DNA from: Candidatus Latescibacterota bacterium
GTDB taxonomy: Bacteria > Latescibacterota > UBA2968 > UBA8231
Length of the DNA: 64,000 bases
Direction: 5' to 3'
Assembly: GCA_965206595.1 (NCBI GenBank)
Contig: OZ242214.1
Location: 320,001-384,000 of the forward strand
Shown here piece by piece: positions 28,860-39,339 of this stretch. How positions within the stretch are numbered: position 1 is the stretch's first letter; the number at the start of each line of letters is the position of its first letter. The position numbers and the translations under genes are program-made. The notes under the pieces were generated by a model, which made no database searches, was not told the origin of the DNA, and saw nothing but the letters and a program-made list of their open reading frames with translations.

Positions 28860-30652
28860 GGCAGGTTCCGCCGCAGGCTGCGGGTTTCGTCCGGGAAGTA
28901 GCGGGTGGCGATCCCGAGGATCCGCTCGGCGCAGCTCCGGTCCCCCATCTGCATGCAGAGCTCGATCAGCTCGGCGTAGCGGCCGTAATAGTTGAAGGCC
29001 ACCGGATCCACTGAAAGTCCGGTCTCATATGCCTGCCGCGCCCCCTCGCTGTCCCCGACCTGCCTGCGCACGCGAGCCAAGCTGACCCATGCGACGACGC
29101 GATCCGGGGCTGCCTCCACCACGCGTTCGAATACTGCAATCGCCTCCGCGGGCTTTCCCTGGATCGCCATGATCGAGCCGAGATTGAACCAGGCCTGCCA
29201 GTGGGTCGGGTCGCGGGCGACCGCGGTCTGGTACTCCCGCCTCGCCGCCGCGGGGTCCCCCTCCCGCGTGTGCGCCACCCCGAGGTTGAAGTGGATGGCC
29301 GCGTCCCCGTCGAGATCCATGGCGCCGACCCGGAAGTTCGACAGCGGCAGCAACAGGGCGATGCAGAGGGCGGCCAATCCGGCAGCGGTCCGGTTGCCGC
29401 CCCGAAGCTCCGCGGCGAGGCAATGGCCGGCGTATGCGGCATGGATGAGCAGCAGCGGCACGACCGGCAGGCGGTAGCGGGAGGTGACGAAGAAGGCGAT
29501 GACGGAAAGGCTGTACAGGGCGATGAAGAGCAACGGCAGCGAAGCGCCGTCCCGGCGGAACGCGAGCAGGGCGCCGGTCAGCGCCAGTGGAGCGACGATT
29601 CCGAAAGGGAAGGCGATTACCCGCTTCCACAGGGCGAGGCTCAGTATATCGGAAAAGTTGCGCCAGAAATAGATCCCCTGGTTGCGCCCGATCTCGTCGC
29701 CGTGCCAGAACAGGAAGAGCTTCCTGGCCAGCAGCTGGAGGGAGTCCGCGGGGCGGGACCTGATGAACTCCCACGACCGGGAAAAGAAGAAGGCGGATCG
29801 GTCGCTCGGCCGCGTGATCCCGGCCTCCTTGCGCGGCCGGTCGAGGAACTCGTCCCACTCCCACCCCGGCCTGATTCCCACCTCCTCGTCGTAGTTCCCG
29901 TTGTTGCCGAGATAGAAATTCACGCCGGCATTGTAGGAGATGAGAACGGCGTCTCCCCCGATGGCGATGTTGCGCACCGAGACCGGAAGGATGGGGAGGA
30001 GGACACCGAGGGCGAACGCCGCGGGAAAGGCGAGCCGCGGCGCCGAAAGGGGGGCTCCCCGCTCCACCTTTACCCAGATGAAGACCCCGGCCGCGGCGGC
30101 GAAACCGAGCACAGTGGCGACGGTCAGCGACGCCAGGCCGAAGAGGGCGCCGGCGCCGAAGAAGCCCGGGGCCGAGGGATTGCGCAGGCAGCGCAGCAGC
30201 AGGGCGACACCGGCGAGATCGAGAAAGGTGGCCAGGCTCGCCGGCAGGATCTCCCCGTCGAAATAGATGAGGGGCCCGTACATCGCGGCTGCCGCCCCCG
30301 CGGCCAGACCGACGCCGGGATTGAAGATCCGTCTCCCGAGGGACCAGACGAGCAGACAGGTGGCTGCACCGGCGAGCGCCTGGAAGAGACGTACTGCGTA
30401 GAAGAAGGCGTCGCCGCCGATGAAGAGGCGGAAGATCCCGAGGAAGTAGGGATAGAGCGGGGGCTGCCAGAACGGCTCCTGGCCGCGGCCGAGCCAGTTG
30501 CCTGCGGCGATGGCCTGCGCCTGGTTTACGTAGGTCTGCCCGTCGACCGGCGGGTTGGTGAAGGTGGGGGAGTCGTCGATCTCGAAGATGTAGAGGGTGC
30601 GCAGGCACAGGGCGAGCGCGAAGATGAGAAGGGGCGCCGGCCGCGGTTTCAT
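28856..30652 (-). CDS. GT-C (ArnT/PMT-like) membrane glycosyltransferase with C-terminal TPRs
   Basis: Start MKPRPAPLL with ATGA overlap; VDGQTY, QPPLYPYFL, NFYLGNN, SRYRLP; TPR tail. Confidence 0.8.
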   Translation of the reverse strand: MKPRPAPLLIFALALCLRTLYIFEIDDSPTFTNPPVDGQTYVNQAQAIAAGNWLGRGQEPFWQPPLYPYFLGIFRLFIGGDAFFYAVRLFQALAGAATCLLVWSLGRRIFNPGVGLAAGAAAAMYGPLIYFDGEILPASLATFLDLAGVALLLRCLRNPSAPGFFGAGALFGLASLTVATVLGFAAAAGVFIWVKVERGAPLSAPRLAFPAAFALGVLLPILPVSVRNIAIGGDAVLISYNAGVNFYLGNNGNYDEEVGIRPGWEWDEFLDRPRKEAGITRPSDRSAFFFSRSWEFIRSRPADSLQLLARKLFLFWHGDEIGRNQGIYFWRNFSDILSLALWKRVIAFPFGIVAPLALTGALLAFRRDGASLPLLFIALYSLSVIAFFVTSRYRLPVVPLLLIHAAYAGHCLAAELRGGNRTAAGLAALCIALLLPLSNFRVGAMDLDGDAAIHFNLGVAHTREGDPAAARREYQTAVARDPTHWQAWFNLGSIMAIQGKPAEAIAVFERVVEAAPDRVVAWVSLARVRRQVGDSEGARQAYETGLSVDPVAFNYYGRYAELIELCMQMGDRSCAERILGIATRYFPDETRSLRRNLP

Positions 30653-31398
30653 GGTTCCGACTGTGCGGCCTTCAGCGTCCGGAAGCGCTCGAGGTGGATC
30701 CCGGCGAGCACCTCCCGCCCTGCCCGCAGGTAGAGCTGCGCGATGCGGTAGTGCGCCGCGGCGAGCCCGGGATCGCGCTCGAGGGCGGCGGCATACAGCT
30801 CGAGGGCGCCCCTTGCGTCCCCATCCCTTTCGAGCACCATTCCGAGCCGCAGGTACCCCGGGGCGAATCCGGGAAGCGCGGCGACCGCCTTCTCGAAAAA
30901 CTCCCGAGCCTCGCCGGGCCGGTTCCTGCGCTCGCTGATAACCCCGAGGTCGTAGAACGGCATCTCCTGTTCCAGGCCCAGCTCGATGGCGCGCAGGTAG
31001 GCCGCTTCCGCGGCGTCGTGGTTCATCAGCAGCATGTGCTGCTTGCCGAGATGCAGGAAGTAGGTGCCGTTGCCGGGATCCAGGGCGATGGCCTTCTCGA
31101 TCTGCTCGATTGCCTTGCCTGTCTGCAGGCGGAAGGAGTAGGCGAGCCCGAGCAGGTCGTGGGCTTCCGCCGACTCGGGGGCCAGGCGGACCGCCAGGCG
31201 CAGCTCGGAGATCGCCTGCGCCTGGTCCCGGACTTTCAGGTATCGGCGCCCCCGGGCGAGGTGGAGGGCTGCGGAGTCCGCCGGTGCCAGGGTTTCGACA
31301 GGGGCAGCTGCCCTCGCCGGGGAGGATTCCGCAGCCCCCTGGGTACCGAGGCAGGAAAGCAGGAAAATGCCAGCCAGGAGGGCCGGACGCACGATCAC
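30649..31398 (-). CDS. Secreted TPR protein
   Basis: GTG start overlapping the upstream stop; signal peptide; ~5 TPR units. Confidence 0.8.
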   Translation of the reverse strand: MIVRPALLAGIFLLSCLGTQGAAESSPARAAAPVETLAPADSAALHLARGRRYLKVRDQAQAISELRLAVRLAPESAEAHDLLGLAYSFRLQTGKAIEQIEKAIALDPGNGTYFLHLGKQHMLLMNHDAAEAAYLRAIELGLEQEMPFYDLGVISERRNRPGEAREFFEKAVAALPGFAPGYLRLGMVLERDGDARGALELYAAALERDPGLAAAHYRIAQLYLRAGREVLAGIHLERFRTLKAAQSEP

Positions 31399-32849
31399 TC
31401 CCCCGTTTCGGTGCCGAGCCGGCGCGACAGGTCCGCGAGGGCGCGCCGCACCCTGTCGTTGCCCGGCTCCAGCTCGAGGGCCCGCCCGTACGCCAAGGCA
31501 GCCATTTCGAGGCGTCCGAGCCGGGCCTGGGCGGCGCCGAGGCTGGCATGGGCGCCCGGGTCGTTCGGACGCAGGTCGATGGCCCTGAGGTACTGGTCGA
31601 CCGATTCCTCGACGTTTCCCAGGCGGAAGAGCACGTGCCCGAGGTTCAGGGGCGCCTCGGCAAGGCCGGTGTCGAGACGGGCGGCGGTCTCGAACGCGGC
31701 GCGGGCGTCGGTCAGCCGTTCCAGCTTCCTGTACCCCCAGCCCAGCCGCGTCCATGCGACCGGATCCTCCGCGTCGATCTCGACGGCGCGCTCGAGATGA
31801 ACGACCCCGTCCGCGGCCTTCCCGGCCTCCAGGAGAAGCATTCCGAGCCCGGTATGGGGGTCCTTGCGGTCGGGCGCGATCGCGATCGCGCGCTGGAACT
31901 CCCGCATCGCGTCCTCCGGCTTTCCGCTCATGGCGTACGACAATCCCATGTGGTAGTGATCCCTCGCCGAGCCCACCAGCACCGCTTCCCCCTGCGAGGG
32001 AGGGCGGATCTCGGCGTGCAGCTCGGACAGGCGCCCCAGCTGGCGCCCCGCGGACTCCAGGAGCCTCCGGCCTTCCTCACGCCGGCCGGTGCGCATGTAC
32101 AGGTTGCCGAGGTTCAGGCGCATCTTGTGGTCGACGGGATTGAGCTCGGTCGCCCTCTCCATGCTGGCCGCGGCGCTCTCGAGGTCGCCGAGGTTGCGGT
32201 AGGCGAGCCCGAGGTTGAAGTGCGCTTCGGCATCCTCCGGGGCGTGGAAGACCGCCTTGCCGAAGCTCGCTAGCGCCCCCTCGAGCTCTCCCTGCCGGAG
32301 GTGGAGGTGGCCGAGCTTCTTGTGGGCAGGGGCGTACGTCGAGTCCGCTCTCACGGCCGCGGCGAAGGCGAGGCGCGCCAGCAGGGTGCTGTCCAGGTAT
32401 CCGTACACGACCCCCAGGTTGAAGTGGGCTCCCATGCGCGACGAGTCCAGGGCGACAGCTTTGCCGAATGAGGAGATCGCCGCGGCGGCGTGGTCCGCCT
32501 GTCTCCCGGTGTAGGCCCGCGACGTGTACAGGCCGGTGTGGATTATGCCGAGGGTTTCGTGCAGCCGCGGGTCCCCCGGGTGGATTTCGATGGCGCGCTC
32601 GATATGGACACGGGCGGAGTCGTACCTGCTGAGAAAGGTGTACGACCGGGCGAGGTAGAAGAGGGTGCTCGCGTCTTCGGGGTTCCGTTCCAGGGTGTGG
32701 CGAAAGCGGTCGATCGCTTCGGCGTATTCCCCCCTGGAGTACTGGAGCCAGCCGGGAGGTTTTTCCGCAACGGGGCCGCCGTCCGGAGCGCAGGACGCTG
32801 CGACGCAGAAGGCGATCAGGCTGCAGGGATCAAGGTGTCGATTGCCCAT
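31395..32849 (-). CDS. TPR protein, possible lipoprotein
   Basis: Many AHFNLG-type TPR units; lipobox-like VAASC; start approximate. Confidence 0.8.
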   Translation of the reverse strand: MGNRHLDPCSLIAFCVAASCAPDGGPVAEKPPGWLQYSRGEYAEAIDRFRHTLERNPEDASTLFYLARSYTFLSRYDSARVHIERAIEIHPGDPRLHETLGIIHTGLYTSRAYTGRQADHAAAAISSFGKAVALDSSRMGAHFNLGVVYGYLDSTLLARLAFAAAVRADSTYAPAHKKLGHLHLRQGELEGALASFGKAVFHAPEDAEAHFNLGLAYRNLGDLESAAASMERATELNPVDHKMRLNLGNLYMRTGRREEGRRLLESAGRQLGRLSELHAEIRPPSQGEAVLVGSARDHYHMGLSYAMSGKPEDAMREFQRAIAIAPDRKDPHTGLGMLLLEAGKAADGVVHLERAVEIDAEDPVAWTRLGWGYRKLERLTDARAAFETAARLDTGLAEAPLNLGHVLFRLGNVEESVDQYLRAIDLRPNDPGAHASLGAAQARLGRLEMAALAYGRALELEPGNDRVRRALADLSRRLGTETGE

Positions 32850-32979
32850 GGGAGTTCGCTGGTGGGACCGGTGAAACGTCAGCATGCCGGGCGCCTCGGC
32901 GTCCCAATTCTGTCAATCTATCCCCGCGGCGGGACAGTAGCCGGTGGGTGAAGATGATCAGGGGCCGGGCTGCCAAACC

Positions 32980-34482
32980 TCAGTCGACGAACTGGAAGGC
33001 GTAGATCCGCATGGAGCGGATGCGGAAGTGAAGCCGCAGCGACTCGCGGGACACCTCTTCTCCGATGGCCGCGCTGCCGTTCCAGCGCAACCGCTGATCC
33101 AGTCCGTCCTGCCGCACCGGTTCGCAGCTTCCGAAGGTGTACCCCGCGATCGGATCGTGGGTTTCGGAGGAGACCAGCTGTACGTGGATTTCAGGGTCGG
33201 GCCCGGTCGGCTCGGCGTTGATCACCAGGCCGCTCCCCTCGAAGGCCAGGGGCCGCAGCGAGAACTGCCCGCCCTCGGCGCTTCCCTCGATGCCGACCAC
33301 CCGGTCCCTGCCGAAGGTGACCCGTCCGACCCTACTCTCCGGTTCGTAGTCGAGCTCGACGGGCCGGCTGCCTGCGTGGGGGCCGTCCCCCGAACGGTAG
33401 TAGAGCGCCCAGGTGTCGCCGTCGACCGGGACGATGCCGGGGGCGACGGAGATGATGTAGCAGTCGAATTCCCCGGGGACCCCGAGGGCAATGAAGGTGT
33501 CGCGGCAGGGCCGGGCCCAGCTGCGGTTGTCGCGGCTCGTCAGCGCCTGCACCTCGAAGGTCCCTTCGAAATGGCGGTAGAACGAGGGGAACATGTAATG
33601 GGCGTTGTCGTTGTCGGGGTGGCGGCTGTAGGCGCTGTTGTAGACATCGGTGTTGAGCCCGTCCTCGAGGTCCGGAACGATCGCCGGCTCGGGGTTCGAC
33701 CAGGTGCGGAAATCGTCCGAATCGAGGCGCACGACCGAGCGCCCCCGGCGCTGCGGCTCGACCTGCAGGGGGCCGGCGTCGAGGCCGGCGAAGCCGGCCA
33801 GCCTGCGGTGGTAGCAGACGTATCTGCCCAGCGTCGGGTCCCAGGTCGCCGCGTTCTGCGAATCGGGATAGTAGGTGGTGAAGTTCTCGCGGTAGCGCTG
33901 CCAGTGGATGCCGTCGCTCGAGCAGGCGCCCCGCATGGCCCCGTTCGATGGCTGCCCCGCGGCGAACAGCCGGCGATCGATCCACTCGGCGTAGACCATC
34001 TTGTACTCCTCGCCCGGTTCGGCCGCGGGATCCCTGAAGACGCTGCCCATCTCCGGGGAGCTGCCGTCGCGGCCCCCTTCGAAGACGATGTTGTGATCGC
34101 GGCAGCCGTCGACCTCGAGGAGGTTGAGGACCGGGCGCCGCCAGGTCAGGCCGTCGTCGGACTCGGCGTAGCTGACCCGCATGCCGCGGCGGTCGCTCTG
34201 GGAGGAGTTGTACCACATGCGGTAACCGCCTGCTTCCCGCATCACCGAAATCCATGCCATCGACTGCTCGAAGGGAGCGTCGCTGACCATGATGGGGCCG
34301 TCCGACTTTTCGACCGGGCCGTTGGAAAAGCGGACGTTCCAGGCGATCTGGTCCCAATGGTTGCGGTCCGCCAAGTGAAGGTGGAAATCGTCGAACAGCA
34401 GCTGGCGGGCGGAGCCTGCGTAGAACGGCTTCGTCGCCGCCACGAGCGGCCTCGGGTTGATGTCGGCGAAGGCGTCTGTCAT
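32980..34482 (-). CDS. Beta-propeller glycoside-hydrolase-like protein (GH32/43/130-like)
   Basis: Asp-box motifs AESDDGLTW, SSDGIHW, SDDFRTW, SRDNRSW; QLLFDD N-terminus. Confidence 0.7.
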   Translation of the reverse strand: MTDAFADINPRPLVAATKPFYAGSARQLLFDDFHLHLADRNHWDQIAWNVRFSNGPVEKSDGPIMVSDAPFEQSMAWISVMREAGGYRMWYNSSQSDRRGMRVSYAESDDGLTWRRPVLNLLEVDGCRDHNIVFEGGRDGSSPEMGSVFRDPAAEPGEEYKMVYAEWIDRRLFAAGQPSNGAMRGACSSDGIHWQRYRENFTTYYPDSQNAATWDPTLGRYVCYHRRLAGFAGLDAGPLQVEPQRRGRSVVRLDSDDFRTWSNPEPAIVPDLEDGLNTDVYNSAYSRHPDNDNAHYMFPSFYRHFEGTFEVQALTSRDNRSWARPCRDTFIALGVPGEFDCYIISVAPGIVPVDGDTWALYYRSGDGPHAGSRPVELDYEPESRVGRVTFGRDRVVGIEGSAEGGQFSLRPLAFEGSGLVINAEPTGPDPEIHVQLVSSETHDPIAGYTFGSCEPVRQDGLDQRLRWNGSAAIGEEVSRESLRLHFRIRSMRIYAFQFVD

Positions 34483-34495
34483 GAAACTCGATCGC

Positions 34496-35170
34496 TCACT
34501 CGTTCGGCTCCGGCCACAGGTGCGTCGACAGTCCCCTCCGGGGTCGGCCCGTGCTGTTGCCGCTGGTGTAGTGCAGGGTGCGCCCGTGGTGGATGGTCGC
34601 GTCCCCCGGGCCGTACTCGACCTGCACCGCCCGGTTTTCGTCCACCATCACCTCGAGGGCGGCATTGATCGGGTTCCTGTGGCGGGCGTCGACGTGCTCG
34701 GCGATCCCCTCGAGGTGGCTGCCGGGGACGAACTGCATGCCTCCCATGTCGGTGGTCACCTCCGACAGAGCCAGCCAGCAGGTGCCGCTGCGGTAGTTGG
34801 CCTTGCCGCGCCAGCCGTACCCGGCGTCCTGGTGCCAGAGCAGCTCCACGGTATTGTGGGGCGGTTTGAAGATCAGCTGGTCGTAGCGGTACTCGATGTC
34901 GTCACCGAGCAGCTGTCTGGCGGCGGCGGCGATGCGCCGCATGTACGGGTGGCCGCGCCACCCCGGGATGTTCTTGTGGGGGTTGCCGAGCTGCAGGATC
35001 CGGTCCGGGGCTATCTTCCACCCGGGCACGTCGTAGCGGCCGGCAACGGCCGCGTCGTAGCCGGCCCGCAGCTCGTCGACCATCTCTTCAGGGATCAGTC
35101 CGCGCAGCACGACGAATCCCTGCTGCTTGAACTCCCCTATCTGTTCCTGCTCGAGAACGATCTCGTCCAT
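34496..35170 (-). CDS. Phytanoyl-CoA dioxygenase (PhyH) family Fe/2OG enzyme
   Basis: GGAGGAG RBS before MDEIVL; WHQD, VPGSH, HHGRTLH. Confidence 0.9.
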   Translation of the reverse strand: MDEIVLEQEQIGEFKQQGFVVLRGLIPEEMVDELRAGYDAAVAGRYDVPGWKIAPDRILQLGNPHKNIPGWRGHPYMRRIAAAARQLLGDDIEYRYDQLIFKPPHNTVELLWHQDAGYGWRGKANYRSGTCWLALSEVTTDMGGMQFVPGSHLEGIAEHVDARHRNPINAALEVMVDENRAVQVEYGPGDATIHHGRTLHYTSGNSTGRPRRGLSTHLWPEPNE

Positions 35171-35486
35171 GGTCTCCTCCACCTTTTCCGTTTCAGGCAC
35201 AGGATACGCGCCGAATGACCGGGCCGCCAACCAGGGAACCCGCACCGGATGTCGGCATGTCCCCTGGTCTCCGGGGCCTCGGCCCCCGGCGGCAGATTCC
35301 GCTGTCGCTGCCCCGCGGAGGTCCGGCCCGGAAGCAGCAGGTCGGTCTGCCCGAACCGCATCCTCCGGAACGGGTGTCATGTCCGAACAGATTTCTTGCC
35401 ATTATTCCAGCGATCCGTCTTCCTCGTGGGGCCCCGATGATTTGGCAACCTGTTCCCGAACCGGACACTCGTGCGCCGGCAGATGA

Positions 35487-38400
35487 TCACCTGCCTGCTG
35501 CGCCGCGGCGCAGCAGGCTGCGGATCTCCGAGATCGTCGGCACGCCAGGTATCCCCAGCAGGATGCGTCCGTCCGCGGCGGTGATCAGCGTCGCCGGCAG
35601 GGCCTCGAGGCCGGTGGTCCGTGTCAGGGTCTCGCTGAACTCCGATACCTGCTTCGGGCTCAGGTCGGTGCGCAGCCCGTAGGCCGGCCGGTACTTCGCA
35701 GCGTAGGCGTCGAGCTTTTCTTCCCCCTCGTCCGAGTCGACGGGAACCCCGGTCATCTCCAGCTCCTCCTCGGTGAAGGCGTCCCGCAGCGCCTGCAGCT
35801 GCGGCAGGCTCGCCTTGCAGGAGGGGCACCAGGTGGCGGTCGAGGTGTACATCCGCAGTGCAAGCCCGGCTCCGGCCTCCCCCGAAGTCGACGGCAGGCT
35901 GAATTCCCCGGTCTCCTCCTTGCGGGGCGGCCCTGCCCGCCCCGCGGGAGCCGGTCTCAGGTACGGCTCGGCGACGAAGGCCTTTCCGGTGGGGGAATGG
36001 GCCGGGTTTTCATACACCGTGAGCAGGATGCCTGCTGAAACCGGGCCGGAACGCTGCACCGTTCCCCCGGGCCAGCGCACCTCCACGGCGTCGGCAGCCG
36101 CCCGGTTGCCGATCCCGACCAGCATGGTGGCGCTGTTCTGCGCCGCCAGACCCTCACCGCAGCGGTGCTCGCGCAGCAGCTCCGTTTCCCCCAGCGATAC
36201 GGTCGCCCTGGCGCCGTACCCGTCGCGCGGACTGTAGCCGGAGGGCTGTGGTGAGTGATTGCCCCCTGAGAAACGGAGCGCGATTGCGTTTCCGGTGCCG
36301 CCTCGTTCGGCGATGTCGTTGTGAAACAGCTGCATCAGGGGAGCGTTGACGTTGACCGCGGCGACGTCCTGCCAGCCGTCGCGGTCGTAGTCGGTCAGAG
36401 CGAAGGCGCGGCCGTCGGCCAGGGCGTCCAGCCCGGACACCCCGGACAGATCGCGAAACTGCCTCCCGCCGGCGCCGAGGAACAGGCGGTTGCGCTCGTA
36501 CCCGCTGATCGAGAGGGAGATCTCCCCTCCCGGCTCCGCCATCCAGCCGGAAGTCGCGCCCCCCTTCCAGCGCTGTTCGGCCATCCCGGTCGCATCCAGC
36601 TCCGCGGCGACCTGCTCATCGGTGCGCACGACCGTGCGCCAGAAGAAGCTTCACAAGTCCGCTTCGGGAATGGCGATCTCCGGGGGAGCGGAGTAGTAGC
36701 CGGACAGGGAGTAGATGTCGAGAAATCCGTCGTTGTCGAAGTCGGCGAACTGGCCTCCCCAGGCCCAGCCGACCTTTTCGACGAGCAGGGAGGGGGGCTC
36801 GACCCCGGAGACCTTGCGGAAATGCCCGCCCCGGTTGCGGAACAGGGAGTTGCCCCCGGCGAGCATGACGATGCGCGGATCCAGCCCCGGGATCTTGCCC
36901 ATGATCCGGTTGCCCGCCTTGCTGTACATGTTGCAGACGTACAGGTCCTGCAGGCCGTCGTTGTCGTAGTCCCCCCAGCTGACCCCCATGCCGAAGCCGA
37001 TGTCCGAGGTCCCCGTCTCCGCGGTGACGTCGCTGAACCGATCGCCGTCGTTGCGCAGCATGTTGTTGGGGGCGAAGTCGTTGGCCGCGTACAGATCGGG
37101 GTCGCCGTCGCCGTCGTAGTCCGCCCAGGTCGACTGGAAGGTGTTCCGCCACAGGGCGAGCTGTTGGCTTTGCGGGGCCACCGCGAAGCGGCCCGCTCCC
37201 CGGTTCACCAGCAGCAGGTTGGGAGGCCCGTAGTGATCGCGGAAGCGATGCCCCTTCCTGCGGCGCGCCAGCAGCTCTCTCGCCTGGCTCCGCGGCATCA
37301 GCTCGAGCACCTCGCGCAGCCGGTCCCATGTGTCGTCGTGGGCATAGGTGGAGAAGTAGACGTCGAGCAGCCCGTCGCCGTTGTAGTCCACGGCCGAGAT
37401 CGAGGTCGCGAAGTTCGGCAGGGCCGAGGGCGGGAGGGTCCCGGAGCGGTCGACGAAACGTCCCTCCTCGTTGGCGAAGAACAGGCTGCGCTCGAAGGTG
37501 CGCCCGATGAAGGCGTCGGCGTCGCCGTCGTTGTCGAAGTCGGCGAAGACGGCGCTGGAGCAGAAGTTCTCGAGGTCGAGACCGACCTTTCCGGCGATAT
37601 CCTCGAACGTCCCGTCTCCCTGGTTGTGGAGGAGCAGGTTTTGCCCCCACGTGGGCATGACGTAGATGTCGTCGTACCCGTCGCGGTCGACGTCGACGAC
37701 CGAGACGCCCGGTTTCTGGTAGAGGGAGGAGATGTCGAACAGCACGTGCGGCTTCTCGAACCGGTTGGCGCCGGCGATCAGGTCCCTGCCCCAGGCGACG
37801 ACGAGCTGCTCCTGGATCGACTCGCGGGCCCGCTTGCGGTCGGGGTCCTTCGGCAGGGCCCTGTCGAGGGCGTCCGAAAACAGGGGATTCGCGGCCTCGT
37901 GGGTGGTCAGGCTCTTCAGGTGCCAGCGCTCGATCCGCCAGTCTTCCCAGTCGGCATTCGACGGATTCGACCCCTGCTTCGCGGCGTCCGCCCCGGTGTT
38001 CCAGCGGGTGGAAAGCTTCCCCGCGACCGCCAGCAGCGATCCGGTCGGCGTCCGGGCAGCCCCGGCGAAGGCGATGTCCGCCTCCCACTGCCGGCGCCGC
38101 CCGTCGACGAAATTCCCCCGCTCGAAATGGAACTTCGCGTGCTCGAAGAATTCGACCCGGTCGAACAGGGGGCGCCAGAGGCGCAGCGAGGAGGAAGGGG
38201 CGGTGCGTTCGGTACCGTCCAGGGGCCACCCCGACGAACGCACGGCCACGCCGGGCAGCTGCTCGGCGGAGAGCGGTCCCGAGGCGGCCAGGTCGGTGAA
38301 CGATACCTCGTCGGCGAACAGACCAGCCCCGGCGTGGTGGGGGAGCTGCAGGTTGAGCACATCCCTGCCGAGCCGTTGCAGGCGGGGGGTCAGCGAGAGG

Positions 38401-38570
38401 ATCGCCTCCTCGGTGGCGAGGATCTCGGCGAAGTCCGCGGTCCCGCCGGGGCCTGCCGGCGCCGCGGGGGCAGGCCCCCGCGGCAGGAGGGCGAGGGCGG
38501 CGCCGGCCAGCAACAGTCCCGGCCGAAACCCGGGCAGCCGTTTCCCGGCGTCACCGGTACGGATCCGCAT
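35487..38570 (-). CDS. Candidate selenoprotein: FG-GAP propeller + ASPIC/UnbV + thioredoxin-like domain (~1027 aa, UGA at codon 640)
   Basis: ORFs 36651..38570 and 35487..36629 are in the same frame; GAC TTG TGA AGC TTC TTC TGG CGC reads DL-U-SFFWR; SECIS-like hairpin downstream; WCPSC in the C-terminal domain. Confidence 0.75.
36624..36639 (-). promoter_or_regulatory. Putative bacterial SECIS element
   Basis: mRNA UGA-AGCUUCUUCUG(11 nt)-GCGCAC-GGUC-GUGCGC: perfect 6-bp stem with a G-first GGUC loop. Confidence 0.7.
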
Positions 38571-39312
38571 CCCCTGCGAACTCGAGCCCGAGGGTTTCGC
38601 GGGCCCTGCGCACGTTGCAGTGCCGTTCCGCCTCCGGCGAGCCGGCGAGGTTGAGCACCTCGAGGCCGATCTCCTCCTTTTCGAGCGCCAGCCGGCAGGC
38701 CTGCGCCAGGTCGTGACGGCAGATCCAGCTCACGCTCCAGGAGCCCGGCTCCAGCGGGTCTCCCAGCTTGTCGATCCCCTTTCTCAGGTCGACGATCGAG
38801 CAGGGGCGCAGAACGACGATAGACATCCCGAACGCGTCGTGGTACTGGCGGCACATCTCCTCCTGCAGTCTCTTGGTCACCGAGTAGAGGCCGGCGTCCG
38901 GCCGGCGCACCTCGGAGGTGAAGAAGACCCCATCCGGGTGCACCACCTGGCAGGAACCGATGTGGACGACGCGCCGGATCCGCCGCGTGCGGGCAGCTTC
39001 CAGCACGTTCCACAGCCCCTTGAGATTGACCAGGAACGGCAGCTCGTCGTCCACCCCGTAGGCGCCGGGCGCCCCCGAGAAGTACACCGCGGCGTGCACG
39101 ACCGCATCCATCCCTTCCAGGACGCGGTCGACGCTGCCGTAGTCGGCGACGTCCGCGTGGAGGACCTCGCCGCGCCATTCGCCGTCGATCCGGGCCCCGG
39201 CCTTCCAGGCCTCGGGGGACCGGTCGCAGGCGCGCACCTCGTGGCCGCGGCACAGATTGTCGAGGATCGCTCGCCCGACCCAGCCGGCGGCACCGAACAC
39301 TGCGATCTTCAT
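38551..39312 (-). CDS. NAD-dependent epimerase/dehydratase (extended SDR)
   Basis: GAAGWVG, YSVTK. Confidence 0.85.
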   Translation of the reverse strand: MKIAVFGAAGWVGRAILDNLCRGHEVRACDRSPEAWKAGARIDGEWRGEVLHADVADYGSVDRVLEGMDAVVHAAVYFSGAPGAYGVDDELPFLVNLKGLWNVLEAARTRRIRRVVHIGSCQVVHPDGVFFTSEVRRPDAGLYSVTKRLQEEMCRQYHDAFGMSIVVLRPCSIVDLRKGIDKLGDPLEPGSWSVSWICRHDLAQACRLALEKEEIGLEVLNLAGSPEAERHCNVRRARETLGLEFAGDADPYR

Positions 39313-39339
39313 CGTTTGTGAGGGGTCCTTGCCGGGAGG

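Noticed and set aside
30653-31755. Extended N-termini of ORFs 28856..31549 and 30649..31755
   Set aside because: They overlap upstream TPR genes; coupled starts at 30652 and 31398 give proper signal/TM N-termini
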